A stretch of DNA of 64,000 nucleotides from Octopus sinensis (lineage: Eukaryota): NCBI RefSeq assembly GCF_006345805.1, contig NC_042997.1:160146001-160210000 (forward strand), read 5' to 3'. Of this stretch, positions 38,054 to 51,364 are shown one piece after another; position 1 is the first letter of the stretch; each line of letters begins with the position of its first letter. A program made the translations under genes and the position numbers. The notes under the pieces were generated by a model that saw only the letters and a list, made by a program, of their open reading frames with translations, did no database searches and was not told the DNA's origin.

Positions 38054-39478
38054 AAAGCTTAGATACGTTTCGACCAAAGATTGGTCCAGGCCATGTCTAA
38101 CTTAATAGCAACACCAGATAGGATTATCTGAATCCTGTTTAAGTCAAGTTTTTTTTATGAAGTAGTGAGTTTTTGTTGGTTGGGTTTAATCCAATTATGG
38201 GTGGCTTATCTGGTATTCCTTGAAGAAATCTATCCAGACTCCGTTTAAAGTTGATGAGATCCTTTTCCTCTTTGATCTCTTTCGGAACAATGTTAAATAG
38301 GACAGGGCCTGTTGTGGGAAAGATATTATGTTGCAATATACATGTATGCTGTGATTTTGAATTGGGCAGGGGACATATGGCTCGTGGTCCCAGTCTTGGA
38401 TGAACCTTGAAGCTAATGTTCAGGTCGCTTGGGCAAACTTGGCGGTATATTCTCCACATCGTACAAATGATGTACCCCTCACGGTGACGCTGGAGAGAGT
38501 AGAGTTTCAAGGCTTTAAGGCGGTCCCAATAATCGAGAGCAGCCATACCTTCAATTCGTTTAGTGTGTGCCGTCTGGGGTGATTCAATCCTCGAGATGTT
38601 TTGTCTTATATGGGGAGACCACAGTGGGCAGCAGTATTCGAGGTGTGGCCGTACAAAGGAGGAGAAAAGTGGTATGATGACACTTTGTTCTCTGGAACGG
38701 AAAGTTCTTAAGATCCAGGAACTCATCCTACGAGATATATCGACCTTACTGTTGATGTGTGCACTCCAACTGAGATCGTCATCAACAATTACGCCCAGAT
38801 CTCTGATATTGTTAGAGGCTGTGTGCAGTTACCCTAGGGGAAGAGAGTATGGCTGTTTTAGTGAGGAATTTCTTCCAAAATGCATAAGCTCAAAGATTCC
38901 GTCGTTCAGTTGCATTGGGTTTCTGTCTGCCCATTGACTCACAGCATATAGATCAGACTGGAGTTGAGTTCGGTCTACTTCTACATTGATGATTTGCTGG
39001 AGCTTATTGTCATAAGCAAACATTTCCAATTTGCAGTAATGTGCGATACTGGAAAGTCGTTTATGTAAATTATAAAGAGTAGCGGGCCCAAGACAGTCCC
39101 CTGGGGGACACCGCTGGTGACTTTTGCTGGGCTTGAGTGGACTCCATCAACTACAACATGTTGTGTTAAATTCGCCAGGAAATACTTAATCCAGTGTAGA
39201 AGTTTTCCACGGATTCCAACATTTGCCAATTTTGAGAGTAGGATATTATGGTCAACCCTGTCGAACGCTTTACTGAAGTCAAGATATACGACATCAGAGT
39301 TGGAACCTGTTCCCAAGGCTTTGAGTATATATTCAATGTGGTGTAAGAGATGTGTTAGACAGTCCCTGCCACAGCGAAAGCCATGCTGATATGCATTTAG
39401 GAGTTTGTGGGTCTCCAGGAAGTCAGCTATCCTTGATCTTAACACTCTTTCAAACATTTTATGATGTAGGAGGTGAGT
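38054..39478 (-). mobile_element. CR1/L2-like LINE family 2, 5'-truncated
   Basis: [55 protein letters not shown]; 3' hairpin tail; flanked by (TA)n on both sides. Confidence 0.9.
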
Positions 39479-39489
39479 GAGATTGAGCG

Positions 39490-39538
39490 ATATATATATA
39501 TATGTATATGTTTGTATATGTATATGTATGTATATGTA

Positions 39539-39586
<48 letters not shown>

Positions 39587-39658
39587 ATATATATATATAT
39601 GTACATATACATATATATATGTACGTATACATATATATATATGTATGCATGTATATGT

Positions 39659-39720
<62 letters not shown>

Positions 39721-39831
39721 ACTTATATATCTGCATGTATATGTATACATATATGTACGTATATATATGTATATGTATATATATATATATGTATATATAT
39801 ATATGTATATATATATCTATACATGTGTATG

Positions 39832-39866
<35 letters not shown>

Positions 39867-39929
39867 GTATATATATATGTATGTATATATATATGTATAT
39901 ATATATACATGTATGTATATATATATATG

Positions 39930-40002
<73 letters not shown>

Positions 40003-40013
40003 ATATATATATG

Positions 40014-40046
<33 letters not shown>

Positions 40047-40130
40047 GTATATTTATTTATAAGTATATATATATATATATATCTACGTATATCTACGTAT
40101 ATATATATGTACATATATATTTTTTTTTCT
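39490..40130. repeat. Long (TA)n/(TATG)n microsatellite field
   Basis: Direct reading. Confidence 0.95.
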
Positions 40131-43108
40131 TTCCGTTTCAGATCAGAGCTGCGGCCATGCTGATCCACCGCCGTTTTTTGCTACACTGTTATTACTAAGA
40201 GCCTCCTCTAATATTTGGCACTTGGTGAAGAATGGTGTTCGATATAGCTACCCTTATTTGTACCTCTTGCCGTGAGGTAGATTCATCTGGGACTCTCAAC
40301 AGGAAGAGGTCCACCTTTGATTTAAAAACCGCTACATCTACTTTGTGCAAGGTCCCCAGACCCTTTGGGAGAATATTAAAAAGCTGTGGGCCCTTGAAAC
40401 CCAGACTGTTGCAGTAGCTGGTCCTGAAGCGTGATGGCATTTCTGGGAATTTGGCATTATGCAGTGTCGTCCCGTTCTAGCATTGGTGTAGCTTTCAATG
40501 CCAAAATTGGGCACAGTTCCTTCCAGGATCTTCCAGATGTATATTACTGCATACCTCTCCCGTCTTCTCTCCAGGGAGTAGAGTCTTAGCTGTTTCAATC
40601 TTTCCCAGTAGCTGCGCTGTTGCAATGAGACGACCTTCTCTGGATTGCTTCATGGTCCGCTGTTAATTTCACACTGGTGGGTGACCATAGCTGTGAGCAG
40701 TAGTCCAGGCGGCTGAGGACGAATGTCCGCCAGAGAACCATCATGGTTTCCTTATCTCCGGTTCTGAATGTTCTTAGGATCCATCCAGCCAGTCGTCTGC
40801 ACTTTGTCGCTATCCTGGTAATGTGCACTTTGAAAGAGGTATCATCACTCATGTCGATACTCAAGTCCCTCACAGACTTAGGCTTTGGGATTGAAATTCC
40901 CTGTGGACCGATGTACCCTGTAAGTATAATATTCAGTTTTGGATGCTGGTAGCGCAGGGCCTGGAATCTTTCAGCATTAAACTGCATATTATTATCCTCA
41001 GCCCATCTGTAGATTGAGTCCAACTCCTGCTGCAGGTGTGCAACATCGCTGGGCTTCTCTATTTTCTGCGAGACTTTCGTATCGTCTGCATATCTTGCCA
41101 GAGTGGCTATCCGGGCATTTGAGGGCATATCTGAGAAGGCCACTATAAAAAGCAGTGGTCCCAAGACAGTGCACTGTGGAACACCGCTCACTATTTGTGT
41201 GTTCATAGAGGTGGCTCCATTAACCACTACTGCCTGACTCCTATCTTTCAGAAAGTCATGTAACCACACTCCAAATTTTCGAGCTATGCCGAGGTCACGC
41301 AGTTTGTGGCATATCATACCATGATCCACCTTGTCAAAAGCTTTTGCAAAATCAAGGTATCTTACGTCCATATTTGATTTGTTGAGTAACTGCCTCAACA
41401 CCCAGTCATAATGTTGTAAGAGCTGGGTCAGGCAGCTCCTACCTGGTCGAAAACCATTCTGGGTATCACTCAGCAAGCTATTTTCAAGGAATGCGATTAG
41501 TTTCTTTCTGACTATCCGTTCCATGATTTTGCTGATGTGTGAAGTCAGAGAGATAGGCCTATAGTTTTTGACATCTGCTCTACTTCCCCCTTTATGTATT
41601 GGGCATATTATTCCCTCCTTCAGCTTGCTTGGCAGATTTGCCATTTGTAAGAAAGCTCTGGAAGAGAGTCTTGAGGGATTTTGCCAGGGCATGCTTACAC
41701 GCTTTGAGGAGGATTGCCGGGAAACCCAGCAGTTGAGTTTGTGTCCACTTCATCTATGGTTAGTTGTACATCTTCTTCGCTAATGTCAATGTATTCTATT
41801 GTAACTGCCTCGCTGGTTATAGGTGAGGCGGCAAATAAGTCAACTGGTTCGTTCACTTTTCTGTGTTCCAACGGGGTGGTACAGACACTTTTGAACTCGT
41901 CATTCAGTATCTCACTGACTTTAGTTGGACTGTCTGTGAGGGAGCCATCCTTTTGGAGGAGGGGTCCTATCTTGTAGTGTACTGAGATGTTTCTTTCGCG
42001 TAATGAAAGATGGCCTTTGGGTTTGATTTAATGTTTTTCATAACCCAAGCTTCTTTGTCTGCTTTCTCCCTCACATAGGATTGTTGCAGCCTTTCTTCGA
42101 TCTCCATCAGTGTTGTTTTTAGGCGGGACGTTTCGCTACTTTTGGGATGTTGGTTGAGTAGATTTGCAACAATCGTCCGTCGTCTCATGAGGATCTTCCT
42201 GTCTCTTGGAATCTTGCTCCTATTTGTTTTGGTCTTATGCTCTGGGACATATTTCTGGCATACGGCTTGCACAGCAGACATGAAACATTCTAGTTTCATG
42301 TCAATGTCTGGTGTGGAGAGACATTTCGGCCAGTCCTCTCTGATGATCTCTTTTTGGATCGATTTCCAATCTGCTTTGTGGAAGTTCAGATTGGAGAGAT
42401 TTCGGGTGCTTCCTTTAGGCTGTATGTCTCTGGTTACTTTCGGTGCAAACATAGACAGCTCTATTATGTTGTGATCCGAGACTAATGTCGTTGTCACTTT
42501 CAAATCATGAATGATGTCCATATTGTTCGTGAAGCAGAGATCCAGAATGTTATTCGCCCTAGTTGGTTTGAGTACAATTTGCTCCATGAATAAGGCATTG
42601 GTGAGGTTGAGCAGGGACTCCACCTGTACTTGCTTGCAATGATTCATTCCTGAGAGTATGAGACCTTCGGGCCATTTGACGTTGGGGAAGTTGAAATCAC
42701 CCATAAGAAATATGGCCACGTGGTCTTCCAGATTCATGAGGATTTCTTTAATTCTTGTGAGGCAATCTTCAAACTTGCCTATGTGGTTTCGAGCATCTGG
42801 TGGGTAATATGTATTGCATACGACTATATTATGTTGTCTTATGTATACAATTAAAGTGTCGTATACCGAATTTGAGTATGTCAGTAAGACCTGGGGTGTG
42901 AGGTAATCTAGTATGTATACAGCAACTCCACCATGGCTCTTTTCCCTTCTGTCTATTCGCAGTATGGCATACTTTGGTACGTGTACTTCTGCGTCCTCTA
43001 TATCAGGGCAGAGGGACGTTTCCACGAGTGCTATGCATAGGGCTTGATTGCATGTAATAAGATCTCTCAGGACAGGAATTTTGTTAGTAAAAGTATTTGG
43101 GTGACGGC

Positions 43109-43110
<2 letters not shown>
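40131..43110 (-). mobile_element. CR1/L2-like LINE family 1, copy 2, near-complete ORF2, frameshifted
   Basis: APE ([27 protein letters not shown]) and RT (YLDFAKAFDKVDH, YADDTK), colinear with 4214-7325. Confidence 0.92.
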
Positions 43111-43203
<93 letters not shown>

Positions 43204-43290
43204 GTGTGTGTGTGTGTATGTGTATATATATGTATATATATATATATGTTTATATATATACATGAATATATGTATATATATATATATATG

Positions 43291-43344
<54 letters not shown>

Positions 43345-43563
43345 GTATGAATATAAATATATATATATGTGTGTGTGTTTGTGTGTGTGTGTGTGCGTGT
43401 GTATACATATATATACATATAAATAAGGATAATATCGATATTTAAATATCCCAGCATGGGAATAAATAACATACAAAGGTAATAATTTTTTTACAACTAT
43501 AAATATGGGTATCTGAGTGTCATATCTGACGTATCTGGGACATAGTACGTATATATATACATA

Positions 43564-43627
<64 letters not shown>

Positions 43628-43639
43628 CTATACATATAT

Positions 43640-43800
43640 ATACTGGAGTAAGCACGTAAATGTGAAACAAGGTGGAAAAAGAGCACTCAAATACCAGAGG
43701 TTAGAGTAATATGCTTTATTTAATAGCAGCATAAATATAACAAAGGCAGTTACTCAGATTTTACCGTTCCCGTCGTCGGACAGTTTTGTTAAAATAGGAC
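43640..43800 (-). repeat. Penelope terminal-repeat-like segment with a degenerate hammerhead-like motif
   Basis: Minus strand CCGACGA-CGGGAACGG-TAAAA-TCTGA-GTA; core elements are corrupted. Confidence 0.4.
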
Positions 43801-45129
43801 AGAAATAACAGTATGTTCAAAACTAGTCAAAGGATTCACCTTTAAAAATGGATTTGTTTCATTGATCCTTTCAAATAACGGTCTTAATCATGCGAGAAAC
43901 AAAATAAACAAAATAAAAGCATTCAATATAAATTATAGAATATAAAAATCGAGGAAAACCTTAAATCGAAGAGCGGATTGAAAATACATATTGTCATTAA
44001 TGATATATGAAATATAATTCGATTAATACAATTAATACATTAAAAATTAAAATATTTCACAATGGTATATACGCATATTATATCATCAATATACATATAT
44101 ATATATCAAAATACACAGATAGATGTACACAGACCACATACGTATGCAGACATATATATGCAAGACATAAATGTACACACAAATTACGCATATACATATG
44201 TATACGCAATCTTGCCTGCATGCAACAATCACTAGTGTATACATATAGACAAGTAAAACGCAGAGAGGGTGAAGAAAAAGAAAAGGAAGGGTAACGAACT
44301 TGTAAGCAACAGATAGCTAAAGAAGTGAGTAAGAGAAGGGGAGGGTGGCGTAAAGTTACAGGACTCTATACAAGTAACGAATGGGGAGAAAAATAAGGAA
44401 AGAAAGGAAGAAAGAAGTCTGAATATGCATAACGAAGGTTCACAAAAGAGAATTACGTATACTTGTGTATATAAAAGTGTATATTAGCAGTAAATACACT
44501 ATAAGAACACATATATAAATATATAGAGATAAGTACGTAAAAACACATCCACACATATTCAAGTGAATACATGCATACATATACATCCATGTATGTATGT
44601 GCATAAGTACAAACATACACGCATACTTACACATATACATAGGCGCATACATATGGGTACATGTAAATGCCAACAATACAAATATTCATATAAAATCATG
44701 TCTAGGTCCTGACGTATATACAAACAACATTATTTTTTTAAATTACTGAGTGCATAATAATAAAATTTCGATAAAATACATGTACAATAGAACACCCTAC
44801 ATTGAATTATCTATAAATTTAACGATTAGAATGGGTTCATAAAATACAATAAGATGAAATATAATAAAAGCAGAATCCTAACCAAGAAAATAATAATATT
44901 TGCATATAACAGTCGAAGGTTTTCCTTAAGAAATATGTAGACATATAAACAAAATCGTTGCGATGCGGAATAAATCATGCATAATACGAAACAAATGCAA
45001 CAGTGCGATCAAAAACTAGTCCAAGAATCAAAAATATACGCTATCCATATGGGATATTGCTAGTCGACATTTTAGATTTAGCTGCGTGTCTGCAGGAATT
45101 TAAGAGTTCGCTTTATTGATTTAAAGAAT

Positions 45130-45640
45130 TATTGTCCTGGAATAGAATAAAGTATTTTTCCAGCAGACATAAATCGCACTTGATCGTTCATTTAGGAGCG
45201 CGGTGCCTGTGTGGTGCAGCTCTATCCAAAATACTCCATATCACGTTGAAAGGTCGAGCTTCTTTGCCTTTTAATTCTCAGACATATTTCGCCAGGCTGG
45301 TCTTCGTCCTATTTTCGGGATACCTAAAGGACGTTTTATTCTGAGAGAATCGGGTTTTAAAAGAATTTTCAGAAGCTCCTGTATAAGTTTTATAATCGCG
45401 TGAGCCTTCCATCTGTACTTTGGTTCTATATATGTTTCCTTTCTGCAGACATTTCTCTTCCAACAGACAGGAGGAACCATCATTGCGATTACAATTTTTA
45501 AGAGAATCGGCACTATGCTTATTAGCGATTATTCTACTGTTGTGTTGGTTAACAGTAAGCATAGCTCATCTTAAGTGTTATTCTATTAAATATTCTTTAA
45601 CATTTATGGACAGGTTGAAAATGCCTACAGACTAATTTCA
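45130..45640 (-). mobile_element. Penelope-like GIY-YIG remnant
   Basis: CLQKGNIYRTKV...KTYTGASENSFKTRFSQNKTSFR...TSLAKYV. Confidence 0.8.
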
Positions 45641-45877
45641 AGAATTCCCTACATATATTCGTTTTTACGACGAAAATGAAAGCTGGGTTGAACCACAAAA
45701 TGCTGCACCTTATTAAAATAGCGCATTACGGAATAGTGGATTCTCTGAGTAGATCCAGTATAACAAAATTAATGCTAGCAGTAATGCTTCATGTAGAACT
45801 AGGACTAGGAAAGTTTTGTGTTTCAACCCAGCTTTCAATTTATACATATATATATATATATATATATATAAATATAT

Positions 45878-46292
45878 AAACTTAGATAAACTTAGATATG
45901 TTTCGACCAGAGATTGGTCCAGGCCATGTCTAACTTAATAGCACCACCTGATAGGATTATTCGAATCCTGTTTAAGTCAAGTTTTGTTCAAGTAGTGAGT
46001 TCTTGTTGGGTGAGTTGTATCCAATTATGGGTGGCTTATCTGGTATTCTTTGAAGGAATCTATCCAGACTCTGTTTAAAGTTGATGGGATCCTTTTCCTC
46101 TTTGATCTCCCTCGGGACAATGTTAAATAGGGCAGGGCCTGTTGAGGAAAAGAAATTATGTTGCAGTGTACATGTATGTTGTGATCTTGAATTTGGCAGG
46201 GGACGTATAGCCCGTGGTCCAAGTCTTGGATGGACCTTGAATCTAATGTTTAGGTCGTTTGGGCAAAGTTGGCAGTATATTTTCCACACGGT
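45878..46292 (-). mobile_element. 3' end of CR1/L2-like family 2
   Basis: Colinear with 38054-38460; tail has a tandem 10-mer (AAACTTAGAT x2 on the + strand); flanked by (TA)n. Confidence 0.9.
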
Positions 46293-46353
46293 ATATATAT
46301 ATATATACATATATATATATACATATATGAATATATATATGTATATATATATA

Positions 46354-46405
<52 letters not shown>

Positions 46406-47478
46406 TATACATATATATATTCTATTTTTTTTAATTCTTGCAGCTTAAATATTTTTTATCTTTTTCATTAATAAATATATTTCGTCATTTTTATTGATAA
46501 TTTTATTCAAACATTTTACACAACGTCTTCACGAGTTTAATTTCTTATAAACGTTAAAACCTACATATTTACGTTTAAAATTCAGTTATATAATATTTAT
46601 CGACAAGATAAATAACGTTTTTTATTAAACAATATTATTTAACTTTTGAATTGTATTATGTTTAATTATTATTATTATTATTGTTTTTAAAATATTAATT
46701 TATATATAATTTCTTGATAATTATTAGTTACGATAAGTATATATATTTATTATGTTTATTATTAATTTTATAACGTGATTTAACGTATTATATATAATTT
46801 AATTTGAGAAATGGTTTTGAAACACAATATATTATTTAATAGTTAGGTGGGCTATATATTACGTAGTATTACATTTAAGTAAATAAGATTAATATTAATT
46901 GACATTTTGGTCAACTACATAATTAAGTAAAATATTACATCTATAGATACTATATATATATATTAATAATATAGTTAGTTTATATAATAGGTGTGTATAT
47001 ATTTGAACCATTTTCTATTTTTAATTGATATATTTATAGCGTTTACTAGCATTCTGTATATTACTTAAGATTAAATATTTTAGTATACATTACTTAATGA
47101 GAATAAGATTATATTTAGATGTTTATTAAATAACTAAATAAATTAATAATATAAGTTATTATATATCGCTTAGATTATAGTATTTAGTTTTCACTTAATG
47201 TATATTTTGAAATTTATATATATATATATATATTTATATATGTATTTGTTTTAAATGATTTAATTAATTGAATTATATTTTGTAGTAATGATATATTATA
47301 GTTTCTTCTTTTCTTATATATGGTAAAATTTTAGTTTATAGATGTAATAAATATTTATGCCTATTATTATATTTTTTGTTTACCCAAGGATGTATGTGTT
47401 AAGATATTTCGTATTTTACAAGATGATATACGTATATTTATTAGTTTATCTAATTAATTATTTTATTGTTTTTATCTT

Positions 47479-47561
47479 TAACCTGAAGAGTGACTATATT
47501 TATATTGAATTGATTTTACTATTATCATTTCTTAAATATAACCACGAAACACGTGTAGTTA
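47479..47561 (+). ncRNA. Type-I minimal hammerhead ribozyme, core intact, weak stems
   Basis: TAAC-CTGAAGA(47483-47489)-GTG...CAC-GAAAC(47546-47550)-ACGT-GTA(47555-47557)-GTTA. Confidence 0.65.
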
Positions 47562-47864
47562 TTCTACCAAATATACACGTTTTAATTATAACGATTATTA
47601 TTATTATTTTGCACATTTCTTAATCATTGGTATATGTTTTATCTTATATTTAATCTTTGTGTAAGATGTAATTTTTTTCTAAATGGCATAATCTAATTTT
47701 TTCAGTACTGAATTGATAAAAGGTGTTTCTTTCTAATATATATATATATATTTTGTGAAATTTGATTTAGTATGCCTAAATTGAATTTTTCCATGTAAGT
47801 TTGGAATAATATTCCCTCATATTATTATCATTATTATTATTATTATTATAATTTTATATATATA

Positions 47865-47911
<47 letters not shown>

Positions 47912-47920
47912 TATATAAAT

Positions 47921-48481
47921 AAAATAATAGTTATCGCCATACTAATATGGCATTCTTATAAAAATAAGAAAAAAGCTGTCCGCTTATTAGCTCCATGAGG
48001 CCATCGCCTTAAGTTACCTATTTGATACACAAACTGTATCCATATAACCTTCGAACAAGGGAGGTCAGTCGCTCCACACTACTTGACCGGCAGCTACAGA
48101 CGCGTTTCGGGGTATTGCCCCTTTTCAATGCAGCGTAGCCAGCCAGTAGGTGTCGCTTCCGACAATCTCTATTCGATGGTTTTATTTACCTAGTTTCAGT
48201 GGAATACATCGACTTGTTTTCAATAATAGAAATATTAAAATAACTAAGTCTCTCTAAAAGAGAACAGCGGCAGCGTTCCCGGAAAATAATAGTTATCGCC
48301 ATACTAATATGGCATTCTTATAAAAATAAGAAAAAAGCTGTCCGCTTATTAGCTCCATGAGGCCATCGCCTTAAGTTAGCTATTTGATACACAAACTGTA
48401 TCCATATAACCTTCGAACAAGGGAGGTCAGTCGCTCCACACTACTTGACCGGCAGCTACAGACGCGTTTCGGGGTATTGCC
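47921..48481 (-). repeat. 362-bp tandem unit (1.5 copies) carrying a degenerate hammerhead; retrozyme/pLTR-like
   Basis: TTATCGCC at 47931 and 48293 with ~200 bp near identical. Minus-strand GCTACG-CTGCATTGAAAA-GGGG caata CCCC-GAAAC-GC-GTC-TGTAGC at 48093-48139. Confidence 0.75.
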
Positions 48482-48493
48482 ATATATATATGA

Positions 48494-48544
<51 letters not shown>

Positions 48545-49157
48545 CATATATATATTTATAGATACACACACATACATGCACACACATATAAATTTAATAT
48601 ATAGGAGGTATTAGTATCCAGAAGTCCGAAGATGGCGGCTAAGTTTACGTAAGTGCTACGGAAGGACCGTAGTACTTCGTGAGAACTCTCGGTTCGATAA
48701 TGATACGAGTGATGTGTCCAATGCGGGTCTTGTGTAAGCATACATATGTGAAATAAAATGAGACAAGTAAACCTAGGTTGTGTGGAATTTATAGGGCATG
48801 TATAAAAAGAAAGTTTTTGTTACAGCTGTTTCTGGGATATTAGGGATATCCCTGCATTAGAGAAATTCAACTAGAGTGAAATAGTATTGTTCTGTTTAAG
48901 GAGTTATTTTGGAAAAGGATGGATATTGGAAGTATAAAGGGATATAGTAAGTATAAAGAGAATAAAATATATGTAGGATATTACTGTTGAAGTTCGCTTA
49001 TCCTAGGAATGTGCTGTGTAGAATGGGTAGCAATGCTTCTTGTCCATGGTATGTAGATTCCGACAGATCATATATTATTACAAAGATATAGTGTTGAGAC
49101 ATAAATTTCATGTGCTGTTCATTCAAAGCGTCTTATTCATTCAAAAACCCCTTTGAA

Positions 49158-49197
<40 letters not shown>

Positions 49198-49337
49198 CAT
49201 ATTTATATATATATATACATCTTTATATATACATATACACACACACATATATAAATATATATACATACATATATATATATGTACATAAATATATATATAT
49301 ATACATACATAAATATATACATACATACATCTATCTA

Positions 49338-49379
<42 letters not shown>

Positions 49380-49473
49380 GGCTTCCAAATAAGGAAGCGT
49401 AGGGCTAGAAACACAAAAAGGGATAAATTCCTGAAAGGAATGAAAATTAAAAACATTTACCATCTCAGCTATA

Positions 49474-49550
49474 TTCCAGACCGAACGGGTTCTACCTATT
49501 TTTAGCAAATACACAGAATATATTTGCCAGGCCAGGTTCTTCAGTGGGAA
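49474..49550 (-). ncRNA. Hammerhead-like motif with one A missing from GAAA
   Basis: TTCCCA-CTGAAGA-ACCTG...TAGGT-AGAA-CC cgttc GG-TC-TGGAA; 9-bp inner helix GCAAATATA/TGTATTTGC in loop II. Confidence 0.55.
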
Positions 49551-49808
49551 GCCTTCGTAATCCTAGACGCACAGACTGTTAGAAGCACATGTAGAACTAA
49601 CGGTTTGTATATCCTAACTTTTCAAACCCTGCGCAGACGCAAGCCATACCCGGCGAACAGAGAGGATGCAGGTAAAAGATTTACAAACAAATTTATCAGG
49701 CAATATTTAAACATAATCAAATAGGGTAATAAAATGAATTATTATTACCAGTGGCCTAGCACAAAAGACGAGTTAGTCATTAGACTATATATTTTCGTAT
49801 ATAAATAT

Positions 49809-49947
<139 letters not shown>

Positions 49948-50951
49948 AATAGAAATCAATATTATTACATACAATAAATACAAAAATGTGTATATGTAAT
50001 ACATGTATAATAGTCCGACTTACACAGAATACAAATGATATAGATATTTAAAGTGTTGATATATGTATATAGGTGTATGTGTGTGCGTGCGTGTGGTGCG
50101 TGTGTGTGTGTATAAACAGTCACCTATTCATTAGTCCCCCAAAAAGTGGCACACTAAAATATTTTTGGGCGGTAATATTTAGTGTAGTCGTTGATTATGG
50201 TCAGTCCGATTATTATTAGTGGTTTCAGGTCTATTGTTTCTCTGAGCAATATAGATGACATATAAAACTTGCTTGTTGGAGCCACAGAACCTCTTTCCAA
50301 GTGGAAGTAAAACACACACTTAGTCATCCAGTCATGGGAAAAAAGAAAAAGAAATGACTCTGAAACGAAATTCTTCGATACAAAATTCCGTTTTGGCTGA
50401 GATGGATTTATCTCCCTTTGACAAGTTCCATTTGTGTCCGTACAATGTTACTTTATGCACTATTTCCGTTCACGAATTAGCAAGCGGAGAATTCCAGGTC
50501 TCCAGCATGAATTTTTTCTGATGTGGACCCCAGCTAAATATCTAACATTTGGAAATTTTTGGTCAAGAGAATTTTCTTCAATTCCAGAAGCGAAATGTTT
50601 AGCCAGTGCCCTCATGTGAGAACATTTACGTTGAAGACATGGAATTCCTCGTCTGCTGACTAGTGGACGGAATTCTTACGTAAACTGACCGCTTCTGGAC
50701 ACAAATGAAACCAATCAATGAAGATAACTCCACCTCACCCAGAAGGTTTCTTTCCTACCCAGCATTTCGTTAATGTGTAATTTTCACTACCCAGATTGAG
50801 TAAAATATCTCCATTAGTAAGGAGGTAATGTGCCTCCAGCCTAGTGTGATGTCACTATTGCTAAGAGCAATAATAGACGTAAAATCAATGGTAACATTCT
50901 AACTAACCATAACCAACGGTGTGTGTGTAATTACGGTTGTTTCAGCCACAT

Positions 50952-51196
50952 TTATCGTACAACTATCTCACATATTTGTCTCCCAGTCCCCAGTTTTTTA
51001 CAAGAAACATCATTCCATTGGTAATTGTGGTATGGTAAGAAGACTACAAAGTTTTCGATGCCACCATCATTGGAGGGATTATCCTCTGACCAGAAATTAT
51101 AAGTTTGTGCTTCTCCATTCTGCCATACCAAGATATTCTTATTAAGATCTCTGCACAATCCAATATAGAAATGGCAAGATGTATCCCATTCTGGAC
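50952..51196 (-). CDS. C-type lectin domain, terminal coding exon
   Basis: Acceptor TTTTTCTTTTTGCCTTTATTTTCAG|GT (phase 1); FYIGL, WQNGE..Y.FW, WNDVSC, ICE; stop at 50952. Confidence 0.9.
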
Positions 51197-51306
51197 CTGA
51201 AAATAAAGGCAAAAAGAAAAAAATTATATATATTGATTAATAATCGGCTTGTTGGAACTTGTTTACAATGCGATGTATGTTTGACCAATATGTTGTCTTG
51301 CTGCAA

Positions 51307-51364
<58 letters not shown>

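Noticed and set aside
41967-43472. 501-aa ORF as an intact gene
   Set aside because: The N-terminal ~125 aa are microsatellite; the rest is LINE APE sequence that frameshifts before the RT.
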